Source of the DNA: Candidatus Moanibacter sp.
GTDB taxonomy: Bacteria; Verrucomicrobiota; Verrucomicrobiia; Opitutales; UBA2987
Assembly: GCA_965215885.1 (NCBI GenBank)
Contig: CBDCEW010000102.1
Location: forward strand, 32,001 to 96,000
DNA: 64,000 nucleotides
Reading direction: 5' to 3'
How positions within the stretch are numbered: position 1 is the first letter of the stretch; each line of letters starts with the position of its first letter. Shown here piece after piece: positions 10,734 to 19,656 of the stretch. Made by a program: the position numbers and the translations under genes. A model generated the notes under the pieces. That model saw nothing but the letters and a program-made list of their open reading frames with translations. It was not told the DNA's origin and made no database searches.

Positions 10734-11182
10734 TAGCTAAGTCGGCCTTCATCGACCTCGATCATATCAGCAAAGCTGACTAGATCCTCTCTTTCGGCCA
10801 AACCCATAAGCTCCCTGACTTCAGCAAGTTTCTCTCTGCCCATCGGACTCATTCCCATTTGTCCTACTTTCCGATTCCACACGTGGACTCTGAGGTCCTG
10901 GGGAAACATCTCTTTCAACTTTTCATTCAGTTGGTCATCGTCTATGCACGACCGCACCACCTCGATGACATCTTTGGGATCAATATTGAGATGAAGACAG
11001 AGAAAGCCGTCGAAGCCTCGGGTGAAATTCCGTTGATATGATTCGGGAAGCTCTCCTGCGAGGTGTTTGCGTATCTTTGCTATAAAACGCGGTAAATGCA
11101 ATAACCCGCAAGGGTGCGGAAGATACGGCGAGGGCAGGTCATACAGAATGGCGCCGGTGGGGCCTAAATCCGATTCCGACAT
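10733..11182 (-). CDS. DUF5069-like protein
   Basis: PSPY..GLLHLPRFIAKIR..LPESY..GFD pattern; its TAG stop coincides with the IS end/TSD junction. Confidence 0.7.
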   Translation of the reverse strand: MSESDLGPTGAILYDLPSPYLPHPCGLLHLPRFIAKIRKHLAGELPESYQRNFTRGFDGFLCLHLNIDPKDVIEVVRSCIDDDQLNEKLKEMFPQDLRVHVWNRKVGQMGMSPMGREKLAEVRELMGLAEREDLVSFADMIEVDEGRLS

Positions 11183-11248
11183 GGCGAATCCAATAATGAG
11201 TTGCGCGGGCAAAGTATGCAAAGTAAATTCTCACCTGAATCGAAGGCA

Positions 11249-13042
11249 ATGAACGTCATCTGGAGAGTATCGAATTATCTCTTTCGCTACCGTAAGCTGT
11301 TCCTTCTTACTTTGGGTCTGGCGATCGGCAGTATGCTCTTCCTCCTTACGGTTCCGCGTGTAATCCAATGGGTATTCGACGAGATAATCGCCCAGGAAAA
11401 TTACAGCGGGCTTTGGATTGGTGTGTCGCTGGTGGCCGGATGTTACTTTGGAAGGGAGATATTTAACAGCTTTCGCATTCGCGTGAACAATACCCTGGAA
11501 CAAAAGGTCCTGGTCGATCTGCGGCACGATTTACATGCCAAATTACTTGATTTACCGGTATCTTTCTACGACCGCAGAAAGAGCGGAGAAGTGGCCTCCC
11601 GCGTGATTGAGGACGTTCAGGACCTCGAAAGGGCTCTTCTCGACGGGACTGAACAGGGCAGTGTCGCGATCCTCTCTGTAATCGGAATCACCTCAATGCT
11701 CTTCTGGATGGAAGCGCGCCTGGCGGTGCTTGTGGTCGCACCCCTTCCTCTGTTGTTGTACCTGGCGTGGAACCACTCCAAGGTTACTCGAATAAACTGG
11801 CGACAGGTAAGGGAAGCGGCCGGTGAGCTGAACAGCCTCCTAATCGAGGACATCCAGGGAAATCGACTCATCCATTCGTTCGCCCTGAGAGAACGGGAAC
11901 GCAACCGTTTCAACGAGCAGGCAGAAGAACTGCGTTCGCGAACCCTTACGGCAATGTTTCGATGGTCGATTTACAACCCTGTCTCAAATTTTATATCGAG
12001 CCTCGGAACCGTGGCAGTAGTCGGGATGGGGGGTTATTTGCTACTTACCGATAGCAATTTCACATTTGGTGAGTTTGTGGCTTTCTTCGCCTACTGTGCG
12101 ATGCTTTACGATCCGATTGGCAGGCTCAACATGCTGAACCATATGATAAGCGCGGCAAAGGCTTCCGGAGAACGGGTATTCGAGATTCTCGATCATCCGG
12201 TCGCGATAAAGAATCCTAAGAACCCCAATCCTTTTCCCAAGGGAGTTTTGACTGTCAGTTACGACGATGTCTTCTTTTCTTATCCGCAGAGAGATCAAAT
12301 AATCGAGAATCTTAATCTGGTGCTTCCGGCTGGAGAAGTAACGGCTCTGGTGGGCCATACGGGTGCCGGCAAGAGCACAATTGCCAACCTCCTTCTCCGC
12401 TACTATGATGTCGATCAAGGGTCCGTCTCAATTGAAGGGAACGATGTCCGCACCCTCGACCTTTCGGAACTGCGCGGGAATATTGGCTATGTGGCACAAG
12501 ATCCCTTTCTCTTTGACGGCACAGTCGAGGAGAACATGCTGCTGGCGCGGGAGGATGCTACGGAAATGGACCTCGTTCAAGCGCTCGAAGCGGCCCGGGC
12601 GTGGGAATTTGTCTCTAAACTGCCTTTTGGTATTCGCACAACCATTGGAGAGCGGGGAATTCGCCTGAGTATGGGCGAAAAACAGCGTCTCACGATCGCT
12701 CGAGTACTCTTGAAAAACCCACCGATCATCCTCCTCGATGAAGCCACTTCGAGCGTCGACAGCGTTACCGAAAGCTACATACAAGAGGCGCTCGAATACC
12801 TCATGCAGGAGAGGACCGTCCTCGTGATTGCTCACCGCCTTTCAACCGTGAGGAAGGCCGACCAGATCGTGGTCCTCGATCAGGGGACAGTCACGGAGAT
12901 GGGCTCACATGCTGAGCTTCTCGCATCGGGGTGTTACTATGCGCACCTCTGGCATACCCAGCATGATCTGATCCCCGAGAGAGCGGACTCGACATCACTT
13001 CGAGAAAAAGTTGGCCTGAAAGTGACACCTTATGAGCAGTAG
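11249..13042 (+). CDS. ABC transporter, fused permease/ATPase (exporter type)
   Basis: N-terminal TMD; GHTGAGKST; LSMGEKQR; LLDEATS; IAHRLST. Confidence 0.95.
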   Translation: MNVIWRVSNYLFRYRKLFLLTLGLAIGSMLFLLTVPRVIQWVFDEIIAQENYSGLWIGVSLVAGCYFGREIFNSFRIRVNNTLEQKVLVDLRHDLHAKLLDLPVSFYDRRKSGEVASRVIEDVQDLERALLDGTEQGSVAILSVIGITSMLFWMEARLAVLVVAPLPLLLYLAWNHSKVTRINWRQVREAAGELNSLLIEDIQGNRLIHSFALRERERNRFNEQAEELRSRTLTAMFRWSIYNPVSNFISSLGTVAVVGMGGYLLLTDSNFTFGEFVAFFAYCAMLYDPIGRLNMLNHMISAAKASGERVFEILDHPVAIKNPKNPNPFPKGVLTVSYDDVFFSYPQRDQIIENLNLVLPAGEVTALVGHTGAGKSTIANLLLRYYDVDQGSVSIEGNDVRTLDLSELRGNIGYVAQDPFLFDGTVEENMLLAREDATEMDLVQALEAARAWEFVSKLPFGIRTTIGERGIRLSMGEKQRLTIARVLLKNPPIILLDEATSSVDSVTESYIQEALEYLMQERTVLVIAHRLSTVRKADQIVVLDQGTVTEMGSHAELLASGCYYAHLWHTQHDLIPERADSTSLREKVGLKVTPYEQ

Positions 13043-13331
13043 CGACGCGCAGTCAGATCCTGTAGAACTCGAACGGACTCTGGTGGTAAAAAATAAGATG
13101 GGTATACATGCCCGACCCGCTGCCATGATCGTACGGACAACCAACAAGTACGATGTGGAAGTCTCTGTCGAAAAGGATGATGGGCAGGTGAACGGCCGAA
13201 GTATAATGGGATTAATGATGCTCGCTGCAGGTCAGGGCTCGAAACTCCGGTTTACCGTTAAAGGTAGAAAGTCGGAGGAACTCCTCAATGAATTGGGCGT
13301 ACTGTTTGAACGGCAATTTGAAGAGGCCTAG
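13032..13331 (+). CDS. ptsH: Phosphocarrier protein HPr
   Basis: GIHARPAA and NGRSIMGLMML motifs. Confidence 0.95.
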   Translation: MSSSDAQSDPVELERTLVVKNKMGIHARPAAMIVRTTNKYDVEVSVEKDDGQVNGRSIMGLMMLAAGQGSKLRFTVKGRKSEELLNELGVLFERQFEEA

Positions 13332-15295
13332 CATCCTTTCGGAATTCGAGCACGGTATTTTGATTCTCGGAGCATTAGGTGATGATATTGATGGCCTTAT
13401 GTAAGTTAAAGACGAAATCATCACAGAGTGCGGGAGTGGATTCAGCGCCCATGGAAGACTTGAGGCTGAGAACCAGTTGCCTGCATGCAGCAAGAATTCT
13501 GGCTGCGTTATGATTACGGATCATACATCGATCTTCATCGAAGAAGCGATCCTTGGGGTAATGATTTTTATTTTCGATCGACCAATGGTTGCGAATTTTC
13601 GAGAGGAACTGTTGAGGGCTCAAATCGGCGGGATCGAGACTGCTTACGTAGTAAGAGCGTTCAGAGGAAGGTTCAGCTTTGTTTGGATAATGGAAGGTGC
13701 GTTGCACACAGGCGAACTGGCGGGCATGGGGCAGGCCGGCAGAGGGAGCGCTTAGAGAATGGGTTGCTATTTGACGTATTTCGAGTCGCCCATGGTCATT
13801 GTCCACGGTTTGGTGGAGAAAAAGGGGGTGGAGCTGAAGAGATTCTGAGCGTATTGATGCATGTTGGGCTGATTGTCTTTAATTTGAATAACATAGTCAG
13901 CACTGAGTTCTTCGACGACGATGTGGGCAGTTTCTTTTTGATTATGCATGGCGTCGAAGGTGAAGGTGGAGCCGTCCAAAATGGGCATCTTTCGCAAGAG
14001 AGTCTGGGCGGCGGTGATCGCGTTGGATTTATCGGCGGTAGCGACTTGGGCTAAGGTTTGAGCGCTTTGGTGATCGACTGCGGCCACCAGGTGCAGAGCC
14101 TTTGATTCTTCGGTGTTTGTGCCTTTGAGGGTCTTGCCGTCGACGGCAATATCGCGGGGCAAACAGCCGTCTTGTAAGCAGATGAATTCGGTGAGGGTTT
14201 TATCGAAGAGCTCGGCCTTTACGTTTTGCAAGACCCGATAGAAGACATCATAGCAAGGGGCCTTATAGCGGCCTGTTTTGGGGTTTTTCCAGGAGCGTAA
14301 GGCGCGCAATTGGGCTTGATTGAGATGATGGGCCAGGCGCACGATGCCCTTGAGGGTCTGTTTGCCGCACATCGTGCCGAGCACAATCATGCTCAGGACC
14401 GTGGCGAGCCGATATCTAAGGCCCGCTTTACGACGGAAGTCTTCTATCTGATTGAAGCGTTCCCACAGGCTGCTCATCTGTTCCACTTTGAGGCAGACCG
14501 CATGGGAGTTATCGGTTTCATTGAGCGCCTGGCTCTGTGCCGCGGGCAATGGCCCTGAAGCGCGCAAAAGCTCAAGGGCATTAGCCTTGAGGGGTTTGAC
14601 CCAGATCTGCTTGGGACGCTCATGGCGTTGATAGAAATCTTCGCGTTGGCGGCCATATCCCGCGCTCAAGCCCAAGGGCGTCCACCCGCTCGCTTCGTAG
14701 CAAGTGCCCCGGTGAATCTGTGGGTCCACGAACGTTTCCGCTACTAAGGGACGATAGCCAAAAGCCTCCTGCCAGTGATCGGCTAAGACTCTCAGGCACA
14801 TACCCAACGTCTTGGAGGCCAAATTTGCAAGATCCACCCCGGGCAAAATCAGAAAACGCCGGTTCTGTACTACCAGTTTCAATCGTGCATGCCGTTGCGC
14901 CCCGTCCCTCCCGATCCATTCGTCTCGATCCTTCAGCCGGTAGGATGCGGCCCCCCACAAGAGCAGGCCCATCCATTGCCCGTCGATCTGCGCCACATAG
15001 CGCAGGGTCTCTCCTGCGCTGCCCGCACTGTGTAAATAATGATGTTGTTTCAATAGATCATTGAATCGCTCCTGCTCTTCGGGCAGGACCAGACGCAGAG
15101 TTAAACGATCTATCGAAGGATTCAGTTGGTAAGATTTTTTGTCTTTCATCCCATCTTAACATGACTGATTCCCTCGGGTTTGTTTAGCTCTTTTTTTATC
15201 TTCTTGCTTATCAGCTAGTTGCTTCCTGGAATCCTTTTACCCTGGGAATTCGAGCCATTGTCGGAGGAGTTTCTCGATTTTATTCCGAAAGGCTG
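13332..15295 (-). mobile_element. ISAs1-family element carrying an N-terminal DUF4338 domain
   Basis: TIR CATCCTTTCGGAAT / ATTCCGAAAGGCTG; CTAG TSD at 13328-13331 and 15296-15299. Confidence 0.88.
13375..15149 (-). CDS. DUF4338-ISAs1 transposase split over two frames (13767-15149 and 13375-~13820), joined by a -1 shift at C5T5
   Basis: ORF1: HHYL, NRRFLILP..NLASK, ETFVD..RGTCYEASGW (DUF4338), then IAVDGKTLKG and TFDAMH. ORF2: HGRLEIR, IRNHWSIEN..D.FFDED. Confidence 0.85.
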
Positions 15296-15302
15296 CTAGA
15301 TA

Positions 15303-15396
15303 GGAATCTGTCGGTCTCATCTGCGTTGGAATGTAGATCTGTTACCATCAATACTGCACCACGGAGTTGTTAGGAATTCAAAGTCCGACAGATTCC
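15303..15396. mobile_element. 94-bp MITE, family GGAATCTGTCGG (copy 1)
   Basis: TIR GGAATCTGTCGG / CCGACAGATTCC; homologous along its length, inverted, to 57538-57631. Confidence 0.8.
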
Positions 15397-15945
15397 TAGT
15401 CCCGGCTTGTACGTGATTAGCGTGTCTTTGATTGCTGGCTGCCCCGGTCTTGTGCCGGGGTGGCGCGCGTTCCCTGCTATATACCGTGTGCTTCTACCAA
15501 CCCCTCCCCCGGTCCTTTCTCGCCCAAGCCGAAACACGGCTTGGGCGAGAAAGGACCGGGGGAGGGGTGCGCGGTGGCAAATGCGTATTGTAGCTGTATA
15601 CCGTGCGCCACCCCGGCACAAGACCCATAATTACGAAATTGGGTTGGAGAACCCAAAGTAAATGTTATTCAGGCACTTGCAAGATTCTATTGATTACATA
15701 GTATGCCAGAATGGAGTTTCAACGATTGTTGTGTGTGGGTTCGTTAGAGGTAGAGAGCTTTTCCTGCAGGTTTGTTTTCAGTTAGAAACTTGTTGAGTAT
15801 TAATCAGTTACAAAAGCGCTTTGAACGGGGAGTTGATTTCTGGTGGCAATTGAGTAGAAGCGAAGGGAGCTGGAGAAAGTTGGTATTGGCATTGTATGTA
15901 AAATAAAGTTTGCAGTTTTGCCTCCTTTCCATACTGTGCCGGTGC

Positions 15946-16662
15946 ATGCAAGAAGAGCTTTCGCGTAAAGAGAGGGAGGTGGTCGAAGCGGTACGGCGGG
16001 ATCGGGTAAGCACGGTGTGGAGGCTGATGAAGGAGCAGAGGGTGTCGCGGCGAACGGTCTATCGGGCTTTGCAAAAATATGGCCATTACTCCAGTTACAA
16101 TGCCAATTGTGGCTACCTGAGCTTGAAAGACATTCCGCGCTTTGACGGGGCCGGTTTGTGGCGTTTTCGCAAGGGGCGCTTTTCGCGCCACGGCACCTTG
16201 GAGGAGACCGTGGAGGCGGTGGTGGGAGCTTCGCTTTGCGGCTACACGGTGGCTGAGTTGGAGACCCTCCTTGGGGTACGGGTGCACAACCCCATAAGCG
16301 TGCTTTGTAGAAAGAAGCGGTTGAGTCGATACTATGAAGGGCGTCACTGCGTGTATGTCTCGGCCGGGGAACAGGGCGGGGCCGAACAGAAAAAGCGGCG
16401 GCAAGGGCGAAGAACAGCGGCACAAGTTCAGGCAGGGGACCCCGGGGGCGCTTTGCAGGCAGCTCCCGAAGGGCTCGAAACGATGGTCGTGATCGCTTTG
16501 CTGGTCGCCTGTATCGGCCATCCCGAGGCCGGGGTCAAGGAGCTTGTCGAGCTTATGCAAGAGCAGGGAGTAGAGCTGAGCGGGGAGCAAATTGAGCGGG
16601 TGATGGCGTTTTACTCGCTCAAAAAAAACCGGAACGATCGCGGTAGCGGAGCTGTTACATGA
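15946..16662 (+). CDS. IS accessory ORF (orfA; putative HTH-containing)
   Basis: Inside the IS TIRs; SRRTVYRAL HTH-like segment; ends shortly after an A8 run at 16621-16628. Confidence 0.7.
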   Translation: MQEELSRKEREVVEAVRRDRVSTVWRLMKEQRVSRRTVYRALQKYGHYSSYNANCGYLSLKDIPRFDGAGLWRFRKGRFSRHGTLEETVEAVVGASLCGYTVAELETLLGVRVHNPISVLCRKKRLSRYYEGRHCVYVSAGEQGGAEQKKRRQGRRTAAQVQAGDPGGALQAAPEGLETMVVIALLVACIGHPEAGVKELVELMQEQGVELSGEQIERVMAFYSLKKNRNDRGSGAVT

Positions 16663-16663
16663 T

Positions 16664-18481
16664 TTGCGGGCAGAGGCTGAACGGGCCCTGCAAACGGTGG
16701 GGGCTGTGCCTGCGCAAACGAGTTATCGCTTCGATGCCCGGGAGGACGAAGAGGGTCCTTCAGAGGTGCGCAAGACCCTGCGCCGCAAGGTGGTCAGTTT
16801 CTCCTATGGATGCTTCCAGGCGGTGGAAGTTGTGCGCGAGCAGGGGCAAGGGAGCCACCGCAACAGCTACCGTTCTGCTCGCCTGGAACAGATCGTGCCC
16901 TCGCATAGTCGCTACGCTTACGATCTGATTGCCTATGTGGGCAAGCGATGTTTGTGCGAAAGCGCCACCCTCAAAGAGGTGCACAGGGAACTGCGCGAGG
17001 GCCCGGGGCAGCTGCAGATTGCTCAAAGCAGCCTCTATGAGATGCAGCAGAAGTTTCTTTTTTATCTGGGTCGGCTGCACGCCGCGGCCGCTCCGGTGCT
17101 TAAAGATTACCTGAGCGCTCGCCCTTGCCTGCGCTGGCTGGTGGATGGGACCGTGGAACCGCAGACGCCGGTTTTCTTCGCTGTTCAGGAAGCCGACGAA
17201 GGGATCCTTTTGGGCAGCTGGAAAATGCCTTCCGAACAGAGCGAAACGATCAGTGGCTGTTTTGCCCGGGCGGCCCGGGCTTTTGGCCAACCCCACCATG
17301 TCTATCATGATTTAAGCGCTCAGATCAGCAAGGCCTGCGAGAGCGAAACCTTCCAGGCCCCCCATGGCGTCTGCCATTATCATTTCGCCCGCAATGTGGG
17401 CGAACAGCTTTATCGAAAACCCCAGCAGATGCTCAACGGGCGCTTGCGGCAATTGAAGCTCATGGAGCGCATGCGCGAGCAACGCAAACACATCACCGCA
17501 AAGCTCCGTGACGCCCTCCGTGAAAAACACGCCCTCGTCCTGGCCGATTTGCTCACCGCCAAAGCGCTCGCAGTGCCCTTCGATCCCACCCTTGCACGGG
17601 AACTGCTCATGGCCCTGCAATTGTGGATTTTGGATTATCCCTGCGACGGTCACCGCCAGGGCTTTCCCTTCGATCCTTACCTGCTTTATTGGCATCGGCG
17701 GGTCGTGCGCGCCCATGCCGCCCTGGAGCAGTGGCTTGCCCGCGCTCCTGCCAGTTGCTCTGTTCTGCGAAGCTTCTTTCATCTTTCGACCGGGTTGAAG
17801 CAGTATCTGGCTGATGCCCTCGTCATCGAAGCCGCTACTATCTATGAAAACGCTTTTTGCATTTTCAGCGCTTTGCGCGATGCCCTTTGGCTCAGCGCCA
17901 GCGGCCCCTGCCCTTTAAGCGACCCTTATCTGTTGCAAGCAGGACAAGCCGCTGAGCTCACCGAGGCTCTCCAGTTGCTGCGTGCCCAATATCGCCAAAA
18001 AGGCGCCTCCCTGACCAACCCCTCGAAAGCCAAACTCTACCGCACCGTGGTCACTCATCTGGACAAATACTGGCAGCGGCTGCTTCCCCCACCGGCCCAT
18101 CCAGACAGCGTACGCACGACCAATGAGCTGGAAGGCACCTGGCGCACCTCCAAGCGCAAACGCCGTCAAACCCACGGGCGCAAAAATCTGACGCGCGACT
18201 TTGAAGCGCTCCCCGAAGAATACATGCTCCTGGCCAACTTACACAATCCCCGCTATGTGGAGCTGGTTTTAGGCAGTATCGATAATCTGCCCCAAAAGCT
18301 TGCCCAGGCTGCACAGAAAGCACCCCCCTTCAGTCACTGGCGGGCGAACAGAAAAACCCTCGCCGTGGGTCGATTGCCCAAAAAGCTCCTGCGAAAAGAA
18401 AACTTCCTTGAGGAACTCTTCGAAGTCTGTAATCGCCAGGATCAATCCTTAAACCCGCAACCCCATCGGATTGCCTCCTGA
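16664..18481 (+). CDS. DDE transposase (orfB)
   Basis: WLVDGT, VYHDL, CHYHF (CxxH) and RTTNELEGTW motifs. Confidence 0.8.
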   Translation: MRAEAERALQTVGAVPAQTSYRFDAREDEEGPSEVRKTLRRKVVSFSYGCFQAVEVVREQGQGSHRNSYRSARLEQIVPSHSRYAYDLIAYVGKRCLCESATLKEVHRELREGPGQLQIAQSSLYEMQQKFLFYLGRLHAAAAPVLKDYLSARPCLRWLVDGTVEPQTPVFFAVQEADEGILLGSWKMPSEQSETISGCFARAARAFGQPHHVYHDLSAQISKACESETFQAPHGVCHYHFARNVGEQLYRKPQQMLNGRLRQLKLMERMREQRKHITAKLRDALREKHALVLADLLTAKALAVPFDPTLARELLMALQLWILDYPCDGHRQGFPFDPYLLYWHRRVVRAHAALEQWLARAPASCSVLRSFFHLSTGLKQYLADALVIEAATIYENAFCIFSALRDALWLSASGPCPLSDPYLLQAGQAAELTEALQLLRAQYRQKGASLTNPSKAKLYRTVVTHLDKYWQRLLPPPAHPDSVRTTNELEGTWRTSKRKRRQTHGRKNLTRDFEALPEEYMLLANLHNPRYVELVLGSIDNLPQKLAQAAQKAPPFSHWRANRKTLAVGRLPKKLLRKENFLEELFEVCNRQDQSLNPQPHRIAS

Positions 18482-18725
18482 CAACGACTCCAGTGCCCTC
18501 CCTCTGCTCCCCATTTTCTTCATGCTCTAACCAGAGAACTCCACGCAATTTGCGGGCCAACCGAAATTCAGAACGATGGGCACAAGACCGGGGCAGCCTC
18601 AGAAGCGCTAAACAGGTACCCCGGATTGCCGGGACTAGATAGGAAGATGACTCTCGCATCTGTGGGTTTGGTAGAAAACGTTTGGGGATGGGAACGAAAG
18701 TGTGAGAATCGCGTCTGAGAGACGT

Positions 18726-19478
18726 ATGCGGACATGTTTATCAAGGTCTCTTCTTATTTTATTGGGAAGTACCACACTTTTGCGAAGCGGCCTGCCTGCT
18801 GAGACATTCACAAGTTCGGAGACAAAGGTTCGCCTCATAGAGCTCTTTACCTCGGAAGGCTGCAGCAGTTGTCCACCCGCGGACCGTTGGCTGAGTAAGC
18901 TCAAGGATTCCCCAGACTTATGGTCTAAGTTCGTTCCTTTAGCATTTCACGTAGACTACTGGGACTCCATCGGGTGGAAAGATCCCTTTGCTTCACGGGG
19001 CAATTCGGAACGCCAGCGATCATACGCCAGGATTGGTGCAGGGCGGGTATACACACCGGCATTCTTTCTCAATGGAAAGGAGTGGAGGGGATTCTTTCGA
19101 GGCGAGCGGCTTTCGCCAGAAGAGACTGAAAAGATCGGTATCCTCTCCGCTGAGGGAAAGGGCGATGGCCGCTTCAATGTAACCTTTTCACCACTACGAT
19201 CGAAAAATGAATCCTACGTCCTGCACGCGGCCCTTCTCGGTTTTGGTCTGAAATCCAGTGTAGACCGCGGCGAAAATCGCGGACGTCTCCTCGAGCATGA
19301 TTTTGTCGTCCTGCGGCTTCAGAAAACTCGTATGAAAGGCTTCCATCAGGTCTACAGAACGGATGTGTATCTGGAGCCTCCCCTCGAGACGGAAGTGACG
19401 AAATATGCGACAGCATTTTGGATCTCGAGAGAGGAAGGTCTCGAACCATTACAAGCGACAGGGGGTTTTATCGACTAG
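18726..19478 (+). CDS. DUF1223 thioredoxin-like secreted protein
   Basis: ELFTSEGCSSCPPAD, FHVDYWD..GWKDPF, VYTP, GENRGRLLEHD. Confidence 0.9.
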   Translation: MRTCLSRSLLILLGSTTLLRSGLPAETFTSSETKVRLIELFTSEGCSSCPPADRWLSKLKDSPDLWSKFVPLAFHVDYWDSIGWKDPFASRGNSERQRSYARIGAGRVYTPAFFLNGKEWRGFFRGERLSPEETEKIGILSAEGKGDGRFNVTFSPLRSKNESYVLHAALLGFGLKSSVDRGENRGRLLEHDFVVLRLQKTRMKGFHQVYRTDVYLEPPLETEVTKYATAFWISREEGLEPLQATGGFID

Positions 19479-19656
19479 CCCGAACATTTCACAAACCTTC
19501 TACTACGACCGCGGATTTCACTGCATATCAAAGCCTTTCCTTGCACGGCGACCTCAGAGGGTTCCAACACACTGTCGCCCGCCGTCCTGCGAAAAGGCTT
19601 TGATACGCAGCAACCTACGCAGTCTCGCTACGAAGTGTGTGAAATGTCCGGGCTAG
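19475..19656. mobile_element. MITE family CCCGAACATTTCAC, copy A (182 bp including CTAG flanks)
   Basis: CTAGCCCGAACATTTCACA...TGTGAAATGTCCGGGCTAG; homologues at 23086, 43249 and 53712. Confidence 0.88.

Larger units (their letters stand above)
15625..18579 (+). mobile_element. Two-ORF IS (2955 bp) with an IS256/ISH6/MULE-like DDE transposase
   Basis: TIR CCATAATTACGAAATTGGGTTGG vs reverse complement CCATCGTTCTGAATTTCGGTTGG (17/23); 9-bp TSD GCACAAGAC at 15616-15624 and 18580-18588. Confidence 0.82.
15400..18634. mobile_element. ~270-bp CTAG-flanked foldback element (15400-15624 + 18589-18634) interrupted by an IS
   Basis: Ends TCCCGGC / GCCGGGA flanked by CTAG; removing the IS and one TSD restores a perfect 30-bp arm pair; inner perfect 32-bp stem at 15500-15568. 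Confidence 0.75.

Noticed and set aside
13767..15149. Druantia defence system
   Set aside because: The DUF4338 domain is fused to a transposase inside TIRs, and no DruE helicase or other dru genes are present.
15400..18634. Treating the whole 3.2-kb CTAG-flanked block as one IS
   Set aside because: An internal TIR pair and 9-bp TSD define a smaller IS (15625-18579). The outer sequences reassemble into a separate palindrome.
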